A DNA stretch of 64,000 nucleotides, from positions 31,434,001 through 31,498,000 of the forward strand of contig OZ024745.1 of assembly GCA_964016885.1 (NCBI GenBank). Reading direction: 5' to 3'. Source of the stretch: Eledone cirrhosa (taxonomy: Eukaryota). Positions 63,227-64,000 of the stretch are shown piece by piece (within the stretch, counting starts at the first letter, position 1; each line of letters starts with the position of its first letter). The notes below the pieces were generated by a model that was not told the DNA's origin, ran no database searches, and saw nothing but the letters and a program-made list of their open reading frames with translations. A program made the translations under genes and the position numbers.

Positions 63227-64000
63227 CTGAAAACCCCACAAAAAAAGAAAATGTGTTATTTTGAATAAGCATTGCATAACAAGCTTTACATGATAAACAC
63301 TCAGTACACTCTAAAAGTGGTTGGTGACAGGAAGAGCAACCAGCCATAGAAAACTTGTCAAACAAAGGGTTGGAAAGACTCTATGAGTATATCAAAGACA
63401 TGACAACTACCCTAGTGCTGGTGTTAAATAAAATGCACTCAGCACACTCTGTAAAATGCACTTAGCCCACATGTAAAGAATGGGATTATATGTCAGATGC
63501 ACCCCAACAAATCTGTCTGAGAAACCAGTGACTCCATCTAAATATTGATGATCTGTGATGACCAGTCAAACCCTTGCTAGCAGGGAAAAATCAACTTTAA
63601 ATGTTGATGTTGCTTTTTATTCTGGCCACTGACATTTTATATAGTAGATTATACCAAATAATATGGCAAGGTATATTTTTCCTACTTCTATGCTCATTCA
63701 TAATGTAATCTATCCCATCACTAAATCTGCAATGAGAGAGCTATACAGCTTCATTATAGTATGAAGAGTAATCATTAAAAATGTGTTCATTGGCAGATAA
63801 ACAGGTTAGCCTCAATGAAATATTTCTAACCAGATTATTTGTTATATTCCTGGAATGGCTTGAGAATTTACTGGTGTAATTTCACTGTCTCATTGGGCTT
63901 TTTGTATAGATAAAACAAGACATTGGATAGGTTTGCATATACTGATATCAAAAGGTTGAGGTCTTTTTAAAAAAGTGATCCCCTCCTTCCTGAACCTATC

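Overview
AT-rich, repeat-dense eukaryotic genomic DNA. The SINE/LINE/MITE repertoire and microsatellite load point to a coleoid cephalopod, probably an octopod (inference). Four protein-coding loci: (1) the last two + strand exons (15926-16105, 18862-19033) of an unidentified, probably LRR-type protein; (2) a complete, intronless 8.2-kb CFAP46/TTC40 ORF (ATG 25272-33494) with an RFX X-box-like motif upstream; (3) a complete 12-exon DIMT1 (37243-51159, +, 306 aa) with a GC-AG first intron and a genomic Asn (AAT) at the normally conserved SAM-binding Asp, which one A-to-I edit would restore; (4) the 3' eight exons of WDR54 on the - strand (56498-63226). The rest is transposon debris (tRNA-derived SINEs; RTE, CR1, CRE and Penelope/Neptune retroelements; mariner- and piggyBac-type MITEs), simple repeats and several near-perfect palindromes. 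A cluster at 3.8-7.8 kb holds TA-flanked Penelope-like elements carrying hammerhead ribozyme motifs. All calls were made by eye and from recalled homologues; repeat boundaries are approximate.
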